Positions 47,830 through 56,868 of a stretch of 64,000 bases of DNA are shown here, piece by piece. Each line of letters begins with the position of its first letter. Positions within the stretch are counted from its first letter, which is position 1. Where the stretch lies: positions 71,105-135,104 of the forward strand of contig JAJDTF010000099.1 in NCBI GenBank assembly GCA_022827265.1, read 5' to 3'. The notes under the pieces were generated by a model. It was not told the DNA's origin, made no database searches, and worked only from the letters and a program-made list of their open reading frames with translations. This stretch comes from Acidimicrobiia bacterium (lineage in GTDB: Bacteria; Actinomycetota; Acidimicrobiia; Acidimicrobiales; Poriferisodalaceae). A program made the translations under genes and the position numbers.

Positions 47830-50376
47830 TCACTCGATCTGTTCGATGATGGCGGTCTCCGACAGGCTTGTGCGGATGTCGGTATCGGCCACGGTGGGGA
47901 CGTCGGGGCACCAGCGTGACATTGCGGCTTCCAGCGCTGCTTTGACATCGGCGGCAATTGCCGGAGCGTCGGCTTCGTCGCACTCGATGACGACGCTGTC
48001 GTGGACGGTCTGCACCGCGTCGGCCGTGGGGTAGCGCGCCAGCACCTCGCTCAGCCGGCCGTAGGCGTCGAGCATCACATCGGCGACGCCGCCTTGGATC
48101 GGGGCGTTGCGGTAGGCATTGGCCATCTGGCCGACCCGGGTGTGCAACGCGCGCTGCAGCAGGAACTGCTGGTCGGCGTCGCCCATGGCAACGCCCACCT
48201 CATCGATGACGGCCCGCCGCAGGTGCCGCTGCTCCAGCACTTTGTCCACCGCCGGCCGCAGCGCGCTCCCGGGCGCTGCCGACGGCGGCGCGAGATCGAA
48301 GCGGGCCAGCACCCGTTGCCACACTTCGGCCGGCCGAGGCTTGGTCGAGCAGCCGACCACAGCAGCGGCTTCGCCGAGCACCCAGTCGACCGAGAACGTG
48401 AACTGCTGACGCCGCCCGGCCGGCGTGTGTGAGCTGAACGACAGCGGCGAGCCATCGGAACACACGACGACCGGCGCGGCGAACGACAGCGCCCACGCCA
48501 CCTCGGCAACATCGATCTCGCTCAGGCCGATCGCCGGGCCGCCGGCGAAGCGGCCCGGGTCCATCGCGCCGGCCCGTTCGGCCGCGAGCAGGGCCTCGTG
48601 GACCTCCTCGGCGCTGTGATGCCGGCGCTGCTGGCTGCGCAGCGTCCGGCGAGCGTCGTCGGTGCGGGGCCACAGTGCCCCCAACCGCAGCGTGAGCGGC
48701 CAGTCGGCATCGAGCTCGGTCGCTGCGAAACGCCCGATGAAGCGATCCCGCTCGTCCACCCAGTGGGCGATACCGGGGTATGCGTTCAGGTAGGCATCGA
48801 TGAGGGCGTCGGCCTCGCCACGGCTGGTCGGCACGCCGGCGTCGGTGAGGCCGCGCGACAGCCCCGCACCGCGCTGCCCGTACAGGATTCCGAAGTTGAT
48901 GCGCTTGGCCTTGGTGCGGAACTCCTCGTAGCGGGGCCGGTCGAGTGCTGCCAGCCCCGCCGGTCCGTCGAGGCGCACGTCGAACATCCGCTCGGCGGTG
49001 GCGGTGTGGATGTCGAGACCCTGTTCGAATGCTGTCCGCAGGCCCTCGTCGCCCGCGAGCTGGGTGGCGAAGCGCAGTTCGGCCTGGCTCAAGTCGGAAT
49101 AGACGAAGACCCGCCCGGGCGAGGGCTTCATGTAGGGCTTCAGCCGAGGCGTGAAGTTCTGCGCATTCGGGTTGCGGCTGGCCAGCCGACCCGTGTTGGT
49201 GCCCACCACCTGCAGGTACTCCGGGTGCAGCCGGCCGTCGGCCCACAAGTGCTCGGCCATCGTGTGCCCATACGTGCTCAACGTCTTGGACAGGTCGCGG
49301 TAGGCCAGCAGCGCACTGCAGAGTTCGCCGCCGATGCCTGCCAGCACCGATGCGCCGAGCGAGTCAGTCGGCACTAGCGATCGGGCTCGGCCGTCGGTCT
49401 TGGTCGTCCATGCCTTCACCTCGTCGGACGCGAAGCGGTTCAGCACGTCACGCGCCTGCTGCTCGCTGTCGGGGTTCCAGCTGGGCTCGAGGCCGCCGCC
49501 GAAGAGATCGCCTTGACCGCCGCCAGTCAGCTCGGCCAAATGGGTGAGCACCTCGACGCGCCGGGACGCCAGCTCTGCCAGCTCGGCTTCCCAACCCTGC
49601 ACGTCGAAGGGCAGACCGGCGCGCTCCATGCGGTCGAGAAACGGACGGGCCGCCTGCTCCAGACGGCAGACCTCCTCCAAGCCGGCGTCTCGCAGCCCAT
49701 CACGCAGCACCTCCGACACCCACAGCGTCTCGACAGCGTCGGCGGCGGCATAAGCAACCTGGCGGTCACTCAGCGGCCCATTGGCGCCGAACGAGAACTG
49801 CGTTGTGGCTTTGCCCTCGACGCTCAGGCCCAGGTAGCGCTCGGCCGCCCAGGCCAGCCCGTGAAAGAAGCTGAAGCCGGTGAGCCCTTGATGCAGGAGG
49901 GCATCGGCCAGCTGCGCGTCCCACCAGCGCAACGACCCCACCGTCGCACCTGCAGCAGCGGCCGGCTCCATCAGATGGGTGTCGATGACCCGATCGTCAA
50001 ACGTCGCGTTCCAGGCGTCCGATGCCAGATCCGGCACCCGGAGACCCTCGTGCAGGGCGGTCGCCAGATCCACCAGATCGTGCCCGCCGACGTCGACGAC
50101 CCAAGCGCGTTCGGTGCCATCGGGAGCACGGGTCGCGGCGGAGATCACCCGCAGTTTCGGCACGCGGCCGCGCGTCTCCGCATCGCGCGGTTCGAAGTCT
50201 GTCTCGGTATCCATTGCACGGGCTGCGGATACGCTGAGCGCGTCGACGAAGTCGCCGAGCCCGTCGCGGCCTACGACTGTGATGGGAACCTGAGCAGGGT
50301 CACGCGAAGCGTCAGGACGAGGATCGAGCCGCCGGAGGTCCGCTGGAGCACGGGCAGCATCAGCGGCGGCGTCCAC
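47830..50376 (-). CDS. family A DNA polymerase with 3'-5' exonuclease domain, no 5' nuclease domain, and a large insertion
   Basis: Exo motifs: AMDTETD (I), NATFDDRV (II), YAAADAVE (III). Pol motifs: YSDLSQAELR (A), RTKAKRINFGILYG (B), RNAPIQGGVAD, TVHDSVVIE (C). The GTG start at 50376 is needed to include Exo I. Confidence 0.85.
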   Translation of the reverse strand: MDAAADAARAPADLRRLDPRPDASRDPAQVPITVVGRDGLGDFVDALSVSAARAMDTETDFEPRDAETRGRVPKLRVISAATRAPDGTERAWVVDVGGHDLVDLATALHEGLRVPDLASDAWNATFDDRVIDTHLMEPAAAAGATVGSLRWWDAQLADALLHQGLTGFSFFHGLAWAAERYLGLSVEGKATTQFSFGANGPLSDRQVAYAAADAVETLWVSEVLRDGLRDAGLEEVCRLEQAARPFLDRMERAGLPFDVQGWEAELAELASRRVEVLTHLAELTGGGQGDLFGGGLEPSWNPDSEQQARDVLNRFASDEVKAWTTKTDGRARSLVPTDSLGASVLAGIGGELCSALLAYRDLSKTLSTYGHTMAEHLWADGRLHPEYLQVVGTNTGRLASRNPNAQNFTPRLKPYMKPSPGRVFVYSDLSQAELRFATQLAGDEGLRTAFEQGLDIHTATAERMFDVRLDGPAGLAALDRPRYEEFRTKAKRINFGILYGQRGAGLSRGLTDAGVPTSRGEADALIDAYLNAYPGIAHWVDERDRFIGRFAATELDADWPLTLRLGALWPRTDDARRTLRSQQRRHHSAEEVHEALLAAERAGAMDPGRFAGGPAIGLSEIDVAEVAWALSFAAPVVVCSDGSPLSFSSHTPAGRRQQFTFSVDWVLGEAAAVVGCSTKPRPAEVWQRVLARFDLAPPSAAPGSALRPAVDKVLEQRHLRRAVIDEVGVAMGDADQQFLLQRALHTRVGQMANAYRNAPIQGGVADVMLDAYGRLSEVLARYPTADAVQTVHDSVVIECDEADAPAIAADVKAALEAAMSRWCPDVPTVADTDIRTSLSETAIIEQIE

Positions 50377-50497
50377 GAGCGCACCCTAGGACGGCCCTGC
50401 GACAGCGACCGGACCGCAGTTGACATGCGCACACTGCGAAACTGGTAGCCGCACTCGGCCGATGTGAACTGAGTTGGCCATCACCGGAGCGTCAGTC

Positions 50498-50809
50498 ATG
50501 TCGTTGCACAGCCCACCCCACCCCGGCGAGATCGTCAAGCGGGAGTGCTTGGTACCGCTCGGGCTTACGGTGAATCAGGCGGCGCGAGGCTTGGGCGTGA
50601 CCAGACGGGCGCTGTCGAGTCTGGTGAACGGCAGTAGAGGTGTGTCAGCCGAGATGGCCATCCGGTTGTCCGCGGCGTTCGGCTCGACCCCCGAGGTGTG
50701 GCTGCAGATGCAGATGTCGTTCGATCTCTGGGAGGCGCGCAAGCGGTTCGCGTCGTTGCGCGTGGAACGCTTTCCCGGCGCGCTCGCGCCAGTAACTTCC
50801 GCAGAGTGA
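50498..50809 (+). CDS. HigA-family HTH (XRE) antitoxin-like protein, orphan
   Basis: HPGEIVKRECLVPLGLTVNQAARGLGVTRRALSSLVNGSRGVSAEMAIRLSAAFGSTPEVWLQMQ is the canonical HigA pattern. Only 121 nt lie upstream, too short for a HigB gene. Confidence 0.85.
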   Translation: MSLHSPPHPGEIVKRECLVPLGLTVNQAARGLGVTRRALSSLVNGSRGVSAEMAIRLSAAFGSTPEVWLQMQMSFDLWEARKRFASLRVERFPGALAPVTSAE

Positions 50810-50843
50810 CGGCCAGACCAAACCACGGCTCAACTGGAGGGAC

Positions 50844-52862
50844 ATGACCAGCGATGCGGTGAACAACTACGCAGGCTTCATCTGGTCGGTGGCCGACCTT
50901 CTGCGTGGCGTGTACAAGCAGTCGGAGTATGGACGGGTGATCCTGCCGCTGACGGTGCTGCGTCGTCTCGACTGCGTGCTGGAGCCCACCAAGGCCGCTG
51001 TGCTGGAGGCTGATGAGACGCTGCCGGTGACGCTGCAGAACCGCGACCCGGTGTTGTACCAAGCATCAGGCCAGTCGTTCTACAACACGTCCCATCAAAC
51101 GTTCGCCACGCTGCTCAGCGACCACGACCACGTCGCCGGCCACCTGCGCAACTACATCGCCGGCTTCTCAGACTCGGCCCGCGACATCGTCGACAAGTTC
51201 AACTTCGAGGCTCAGATCGAGCGGCTCGACAGCCACAACCTGCTTTACCTGGTGGTGTCGAAGTTCGCCGAGATCGATCTGAGCCCCGATGCGGTGTCCA
51301 ACCTAGAGATGGGTTACCTCTACGAAGAGTTGATCCGCAAGTTCTCCGAGCTGTCGAACGAAACCGCAGGCGAGCACTTCACGCCCCGCGAGGTAATCCG
51401 CCTCATGGTGAACTTGCTGTTCCGTGAAGACGACGAACTGCTGACCCGCCGCGGCGTTGTGAAGACCCTGCTCGACCCGGCGTGCGGCACCGGCGGGATG
51501 CTGTCAATTGCCGAGGACTACTTGCGCGACCTCAACCCCGACGGCGAACTGCGAGTGTTCGGCCAGGAGCTGAACGCCGAGACCTACGCCACCTGCCGCG
51601 CCGACATGCTCATCAAGGGCCTCGAAGCCGAGAACATCCGCTTCGGCAACAGCTTCGACAACGACCAGCACGTCGGACAGCGGTTCGACTACCTGCTGGC
51701 CAACCCGCCGTTCGGGGTGGAGTGGAAGATGGTGGCCGATGCCGTGCGCGACGAGCATGCCGAGAGGGGTTTCGCCGGGCGCTTCGGCGCAGGGCTGCCC
51801 CGCATCAACGACGGCAGCTTCCTATTCCTGCAACACATGATCTCGAAGATGAAGCGCCCCGAAGAGGGCGGCGCCCGACTGGCGATCGTGTTCAACGGCT
51901 CCCCGCTGTTCACCGGAGGCGCCGGCTCAGGCGAATCGGAGATCCGCCGGTGGATCATCGAGAGCGACATGCTCGAGGCCGTCGTCGCCCTGCCCGACCA
52001 GCTGTTCTACAACACCGGCATCTCCACCTACTTCTGGGTGGTCACCAACCGCAAGGCGCCCCGACGGCGCGGCAAGGTACAGCTCATCGACGCCCGCGAG
52101 AGCTTCACCAAGATGCGCAAGAGCCTCGGCCAGAAGCGCAAGGAGATTGCCACCGAGCAGATCGACGACATCACCCGCCTCTACGGCGCCTTCGAGGAAG
52201 GCCCGCGCTCGAAGATCTTCCCCAACGAGTCCTTCGGGTTCCTGCGCATCACCGTGGAGCGCCCGCTGCAACTGCGTTGGGAGATCACCGAAGAAACGCT
52301 CGCAATTGTCGAGTCTCACAAGGCGCTGGCCAAGCTCGACCCCGAAGTCCGTGAAGCGTTGCTCGTCGCGCTGCGGGAACATCTCGACGAAGAGTTCGAA
52401 TCGGACGACACAGTGCAGGCGCTGGTGCGCGCGGCAGTGCTTCCAGCGACCGGCACGAAGGCCGCGGCGGTAGGCAAGGCCGTCGCGGGTGCACTCGCCA
52501 TCCGTGATCCATCCACACCAGTACAGGTCGACCGGCGGGACAACCCTAAGCCCGACCCGGAGCTTCGCGACCACGAGCACGTGCCGCTACCCCTGACCCC
52601 GGTCGCATACGAGTCCGACCCGAGCGCTCGCATCGACACTATCGAGTACCGCTCCGCAATCAAGCATTATCTGCACGGCGAAGTGGTCCCGTATGTCCCA
52701 GATGCTTGGCACGACGAAAACAAGACCAAAATCGGCTACGAGATTCCGCTCACCCGCTACTTCTATACCTACAACTCACCCCGCCCAATAGAAGAGATAG
52801 ATATAGAGATAATGGACCTTGAAGATGAGATTCGGACCCTACTGATTGAAGTTACCGGGTGA
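50844..52862 (+). CDS. hsdM: type I restriction-modification system methyltransferase subunit
   Basis: N-terminal HsdM_N (IWSVADLLRG), SAM motif LDPACGTGGML, catalytic LANPPFG. ggaggg precedes the ATG. Confidence 0.95.
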   Translation: MTSDAVNNYAGFIWSVADLLRGVYKQSEYGRVILPLTVLRRLDCVLEPTKAAVLEADETLPVTLQNRDPVLYQASGQSFYNTSHQTFATLLSDHDHVAGHLRNYIAGFSDSARDIVDKFNFEAQIERLDSHNLLYLVVSKFAEIDLSPDAVSNLEMGYLYEELIRKFSELSNETAGEHFTPREVIRLMVNLLFREDDELLTRRGVVKTLLDPACGTGGMLSIAEDYLRDLNPDGELRVFGQELNAETYATCRADMLIKGLEAENIRFGNSFDNDQHVGQRFDYLLANPPFGVEWKMVADAVRDEHAERGFAGRFGAGLPRINDGSFLFLQHMISKMKRPEEGGARLAIVFNGSPLFTGGAGSGESEIRRWIIESDMLEAVVALPDQLFYNTGISTYFWVVTNRKAPRRRGKVQLIDARESFTKMRKSLGQKRKEIATEQIDDITRLYGAFEEGPRSKIFPNESFGFLRITVERPLQLRWEITEETLAIVESHKALAKLDPEVREALLVALREHLDEEFESDDTVQALVRAAVLPATGTKAAAVGKAVAGALAIRDPSTPVQVDRRDNPKPDPELRDHEHVPLPLTPVAYESDPSARIDTIEYRSAIKHYLHGEVVPYVPDAWHDENKTKIGYEIPLTRYFYTYNSPRPIEEIDIEIMDLEDEIRTLLIEVTG

Positions 52863-54049
52863 ATCACAGCGCTTCGCATAGTGGCGTCCAATTGGGTCAT
52901 GTGTGCGATATCACGCTCGGGAAGATGCTTCAGTTATCGCCCAATGGGCCTCACGACTGTGAAGTCCCGTATTTGCGTTCTGGTTCCCTTGACTGCCTCG
53001 GACAAACTGATGCTTGGCGAACGATGTACTGCAGCCCGAATGAACTCAGGGCATACGGTCTGAAAGCGGGCGACCTCCTCGTGGCTGAAGGCGGTGATGT
53101 AGGTCGTGCCGAGTTTGTCCCTGAACTGCCGACAGATGCCATCTTTCAGAATTCCCTTCACCGAGTGCGCCTGCGCACTGAAGGCGACCTGCGATTCGTC
53201 CGTTACGCGCTCGAATCCATACGCCTCGCCGGGTGGTTAGATGTACTCTGCAACAAGACGACTTTTGGCCATTTGACTGTCGAAAAACTACGCCGGCTCC
53301 GCATACCGTGGCCATCACCCAGGGAGCAGACGGCAATGGTCGAGCATCTGCAGATCGAACAAGCTCGTATCGGCGCTTTGCTCGACAGCAAGCGCCGGGT
53401 AATGGAGCTACTTGGCGAACGACGTTTATTGCTCGCAGAGCAGGCTCTGAGGGACATGCTGCTGCAGGAACGAGTTGTGCCCTTGAAGCGCTTGGTTATG
53501 GAGAGCAATGAACGCCACGGCTCTGACCGACAGCCAACAATCTTGTCAGTATCGATTCATCAGGGTGTGGTTCCACGCAGCAGTGTTTCCGCTACTGAAT
53601 CTAGGGCGAGCGAATTTGCTAGCTACAAGACTTGCCGGCCCGGTGACATTGTCATCAACAGGATGCGAGCTTTCCAAGGCGGAGTGGGTGCCGTGCGCCA
53701 AGAGGGAGTCGTGAGTCCCGACTATACCGTGCTTAGAGTAGGTGATCAGGTTGCCAGCGATTACCTGCATTTTGCTATGCGCTCGCCTTGGTTCATATCC
53801 GAAATGACTCGGCGCGTGCGCGGGATCGGTGCCACCAATCAGGCACAAGTCCGGACACCCCGCATCAATTTCTCGGAGCTTGGCGAGATCCGTATCCCCG
53901 TTCCGTCCATGAGATCTCAGAAAGATCTGGTGTCTGACTTGGCTTCGAGGGAGGCGGCTATCGCTAATGTGCTCGATTGCCAAAGTAAGCAAGTGGCACT
54001 CTTGATGGAACGCTGGAGTGCACTTGTCACGACAACGATTACTAGCTGA
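52859..54049 (+). CDS. hsdS: type I restriction-modification system specificity subunit
   Basis: The GTG start overlaps the hsdM stop. Two TRD-like halves are separated by a conserved helical spacer (EQTAMVEHLQIEQARIGALLD...). Visibly AT-richer than the flanks. Confidence 0.9.
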   Translation: MNHSASHSGVQLGHVCDITLGKMLQLSPNGPHDCEVPYLRSGSLDCLGQTDAWRTMYCSPNELRAYGLKAGDLLVAEGGDVGRAEFVPELPTDAIFQNSLHRVRLRTEGDLRFVRYALESIRLAGWLDVLCNKTTFGHLTVEKLRRLRIPWPSPREQTAMVEHLQIEQARIGALLDSKRRVMELLGERRLLLAEQALRDMLLQERVVPLKRLVMESNERHGSDRQPTILSVSIHQGVVPRSSVSATESRASEFASYKTCRPGDIVINRMRAFQGGVGAVRQEGVVSPDYTVLRVGDQVASDYLHFAMRSPWFISEMTRRVRGIGATNQAQVRTPRINFSELGEIRIPVPSMRSQKDLVSDLASREAAIANVLDCQSKQVALLMERWSALVTTTITS

Positions 54050-54161
54050 ATGTTGCCGCGCGATATGTTCGAGTTTCGGGGATGGCAACCAATGGTAACC
54101 CCCGGGTGGTTCAATAGCCTGCTGCGGTGAATCCGCACAACCCAATCAGATTGCAGCGATA

Positions 54162-54518
54162 TCAGTACATCGTGACTAGGCGAACGTAATACCGAGCAAA
54201 GGTACCATGTTGCCAGAGATTACGTAACTCCGTCATCTGATACTCATGTTCGTCGATGAAGATGCAATTGCGCCGGTCAGCGCTCGATGGCATGACATCG
54301 TTCAACAAAACCGTGTTGCTGCTCCTCCACACTGTGAATCGCAGCTCCCTTGTGCGCGTGTCTATGCTCACATAACGTCGCATAAGGTCGCCCAGATTCG
54401 CATAGCCATACAACGCGGTTGAAGTATGGTTCGCAAAGATGATCAACCCATCTTCTTCTGTAGTGAACAAACGCTCGTGTTCTGACTTGGACCCGAAAGA
54501 CAACCTGAGCTTGCTCAT
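54162..54518 (-). CDS. hypothetical protein (118 aa)
   Basis: The ATG overlaps the stop of the upstream 224-aa ORF (ATGA). About 45% GC in the hand-counted line 54181-54240. No family recognised. Confidence 0.55.
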   Translation of the reverse strand: MSKLRLSFGSKSEHERLFTTEEDGLIIFANHTSTALYGYANLGDLMRRYVSIDTRTRELRFTVWRSSNTVLLNDVMPSSADRRNCIFIDEHEYQMTELRNLWQHGTFARYYVRLVTMY

Positions 54519-55189
54519 GGACCGCTCCTGATTCTATTGGGGATGGAAGCAAGGAAAGAGATACAGTCTCCTATTCGTCGTTTTAGCGCAGCAACACGGT
54601 ATTGCCTTCGGTCAAATCTACGAATGCCGAGCTGCAGGACATCCTGAATACTGCGATTGAGGCGCTGGACTTCATCAACCAGTTTGTTCGGCGGCTCAAG
54701 ACTGACTAAAGCATGTCTGTAGCCGCGCAAATCGATTGTGAAACTACGCGTGATGCGTATGTGAAGCCATCCTAAGAGCCAGAGTCGATGGCTGGTTGTA
54801 ACGACGTAAGGATCGGACTCGATCACGTCATGACCAGCTCCCACAAAGTACTCGACTTCTTGTCTAGCATGAAACTCTGGCAGCTTAACGTCGAGTGTCT
54901 GGTCGTTGGATTCCCGGTCGACGATAAGTGCTGGACATTCGATACGAAGTCCTCGTGCAGTTGAACGACCATCATTTCGCACGCGAAACGTAACCAACGT
55001 GCTGTCGAAGCTTGGGCGAACAATGATGTTGGGCCTGTTGGCGATGTACCAATATGTTGCCGGCAAGACAACGCCACTGAAGCCCAATATGCCGATCGTA
55101 AGCCAGCCCAAGAATGTTGTGGCCCAGAATGCAGTTGTGTCAACCGTCTCAGAAACAGATGAGAGTGTCTGAATCATGCCCCATGTCAC
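54515..55189 (-). CDS. hypothetical membrane-anchored protein (224 aa)
   Basis: N-terminal hydrophobic segment AFWATTFLGWLTIGILGFSGVVLPATYWYI, then a beta-rich soluble region. GTG at 55189 or ATG at 55177. No family recognised. Confidence 0.6.
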   Translation of the reverse strand: MTWGMIQTLSSVSETVDTTAFWATTFLGWLTIGILGFSGVVLPATYWYIANRPNIIVRPSFDSTLVTFRVRNDGRSTARGLRIECPALIVDRESNDQTLDVKLPEFHARQEVEYFVGAGHDVIESDPYVVTTSHRLWLLGWLHIRITRSFTIDLRGYRHALVSLEPPNKLVDEVQRLNRSIQDVLQLGIRRFDRRQYRVAALKRRIGDCISFLASIPNRIRSGP

Positions 55190-55526
55190 AGTGTGTCGCT
55201 CTGAATCGTGTGGGTTCTCGGCCGTTTACGAGTCCGGCTTAGTGATCTAGGTTGGGAAATTACTGGCGGATCAGCCAAATAGGCTCTGTAGGTTAGCGCT
55301 GAAATTGCCGATACGAGATCCAAAGGCGAGGTCCGGCCATTTTTTGCGAACTCAATCTGTTGATCTGGCCATCTCTCGGTGCATGAAGGGCCTGCTGCTG
55401 CCCGCTAGCAGGTGTTGACGAGCGGAAAGCGCTCGGCCCCCATCGACATGCTTGTGCGTGCCGCGTTAGGTAGCTGCGTGATGCATGGCCTGTTGAGACC
55501 GTAGATCTGCTTGGTAGGCAGAGGCG

Positions 55527-56825
55527 GTGAATGGGGCTGTCGACGAGGTTGCTTCCATCTGCCGCGGAGCGAGCTCGGTGTGGCTGGCGACTTGTGAGCT
55601 GCTGGAGCAGGCAGATTCGCTAGGTGTGCAGCGGGATCCATGGGCTGACGGCGATGCGCGCCAGCAGGCGGAGCGGGTTCGGGAACGTCTGGAGCGTGCC
55701 CTGAGTTGGCCGGCGGACGTGCCCCTGCACGTGGGCACAGCTGACGATGCCTCGGACGCTGGAGACGCTGTGGCGATGATGACGACGTCGTTGACCACGG
55801 GCGAGCTGTCGTACGTGGTCGCTTCGGTACTCGATGAGCAGTACTGGCGGAGCTTCACCCGGGACTGGTTGACGGAGCGGGGTCCTGTCTTCGACTTGCG
55901 TCCTGGGGACCGTTACCCAGTCGACGACATGCGCCTGAGGGGCGACGTGGGGTACAGCGCACGGCCTGAGCGACGGGGCCTGCGCGCGGGCGATCTGGCT
56001 CATGTTCGCCGCTTCCGCGTCGGCCGCATCCGCGTGATCGTTAACGGCAAGTATCCGCGCATCGTCGACCGGCTGGCTTCGTCGCTTCCCTTGGAGGCGG
56101 CGGTGCTGCTGCCGAATGAGTCATGGAGCGAACTCACCAAGCCACCAGGGCGCATAGGTCCGGTTGACTCGGAGGCGCAGCAGTCGGTTCTCTCTGAGAT
56201 GCTGCAGCAAGCCCGCGAGCGTGGCGTCGGCATGGTGGTGTTGCCCGAGCTGAGCGTGGACGGGAACATCGCCGAGTCCTTGGCGTCGGAATGGGAGCAG
56301 TCGACGGATTATCCGATGCTCTTCGCGGGGAGCGCGCACTTGCTCGATGGCGGTCGGCGTGTCAATCGGACGACAGTGCTCCTGCCAGGGGTGGGTGCTG
56401 CGTGGCACCACGACAAGACAGTCGCATTCGAGGACCGCGAGGGCAACCGTGAACCCATCGATCCGGGTGAACCGTGCATCACGCTCGGCTGCGGATATCA
56501 GGTACGCGTGGCCACGCTGATCTGCAAGGACGCCCTCGATGCCGACACTTACCGACTGGTTGCTGACCTCGGCGTACACGTGCTGGCAGTGCCGGCCATG
56601 TCAGACCGATTGGGGGACTTCGCTGCCGCCGCCAACGAGCTGATTGCTCAAGCACAAGGGGCCACAGTGGTTGCGAACAACCCGCGTCTGTGGAACGAGA
56701 GCGATGTGGAGCATGCGTTGCTCGGGCAGCCGGTGCGGGACGCCGAGCCGCGGGTGCGCGAGCACCGAAGCGAGGGTGCGCCGGATCTCGCCATTGCCCG
56801 CCTCGGCAGTGGATGGCTGCCGTGA
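55527..56825 (+). CDS. carbon-nitrogen hydrolase (nitrilase superfamily) domain protein with an unassigned N-terminal region
   Basis: Glu-Lys-Cys pattern in typical contexts: MVVLPELS (E241), WHHDKTVAF (K297), VATLICKDAL (C333). The first about 160-200 aa match no family I know. GTG start. Confidence 0.75.
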   Translation: MNGAVDEVASICRGASSVWLATCELLEQADSLGVQRDPWADGDARQQAERVRERLERALSWPADVPLHVGTADDASDAGDAVAMMTTSLTTGELSYVVASVLDEQYWRSFTRDWLTERGPVFDLRPGDRYPVDDMRLRGDVGYSARPERRGLRAGDLAHVRRFRVGRIRVIVNGKYPRIVDRLASSLPLEAAVLLPNESWSELTKPPGRIGPVDSEAQQSVLSEMLQQARERGVGMVVLPELSVDGNIAESLASEWEQSTDYPMLFAGSAHLLDGGRRVNRTTVLLPGVGAAWHHDKTVAFEDREGNREPIDPGEPCITLGCGYQVRVATLICKDALDADTYRLVADLGVHVLAVPAMSDRLGDFAAAANELIAQAQGATVVANNPRLWNESDVEHALLGQPVRDAEPRVREHRSEGAPDLAIARLGSGWLP

Positions 56826-56868
56826 TGACTGGCGGTGCCGAGGCAGCTAGTTGACATATGCTTGACGC

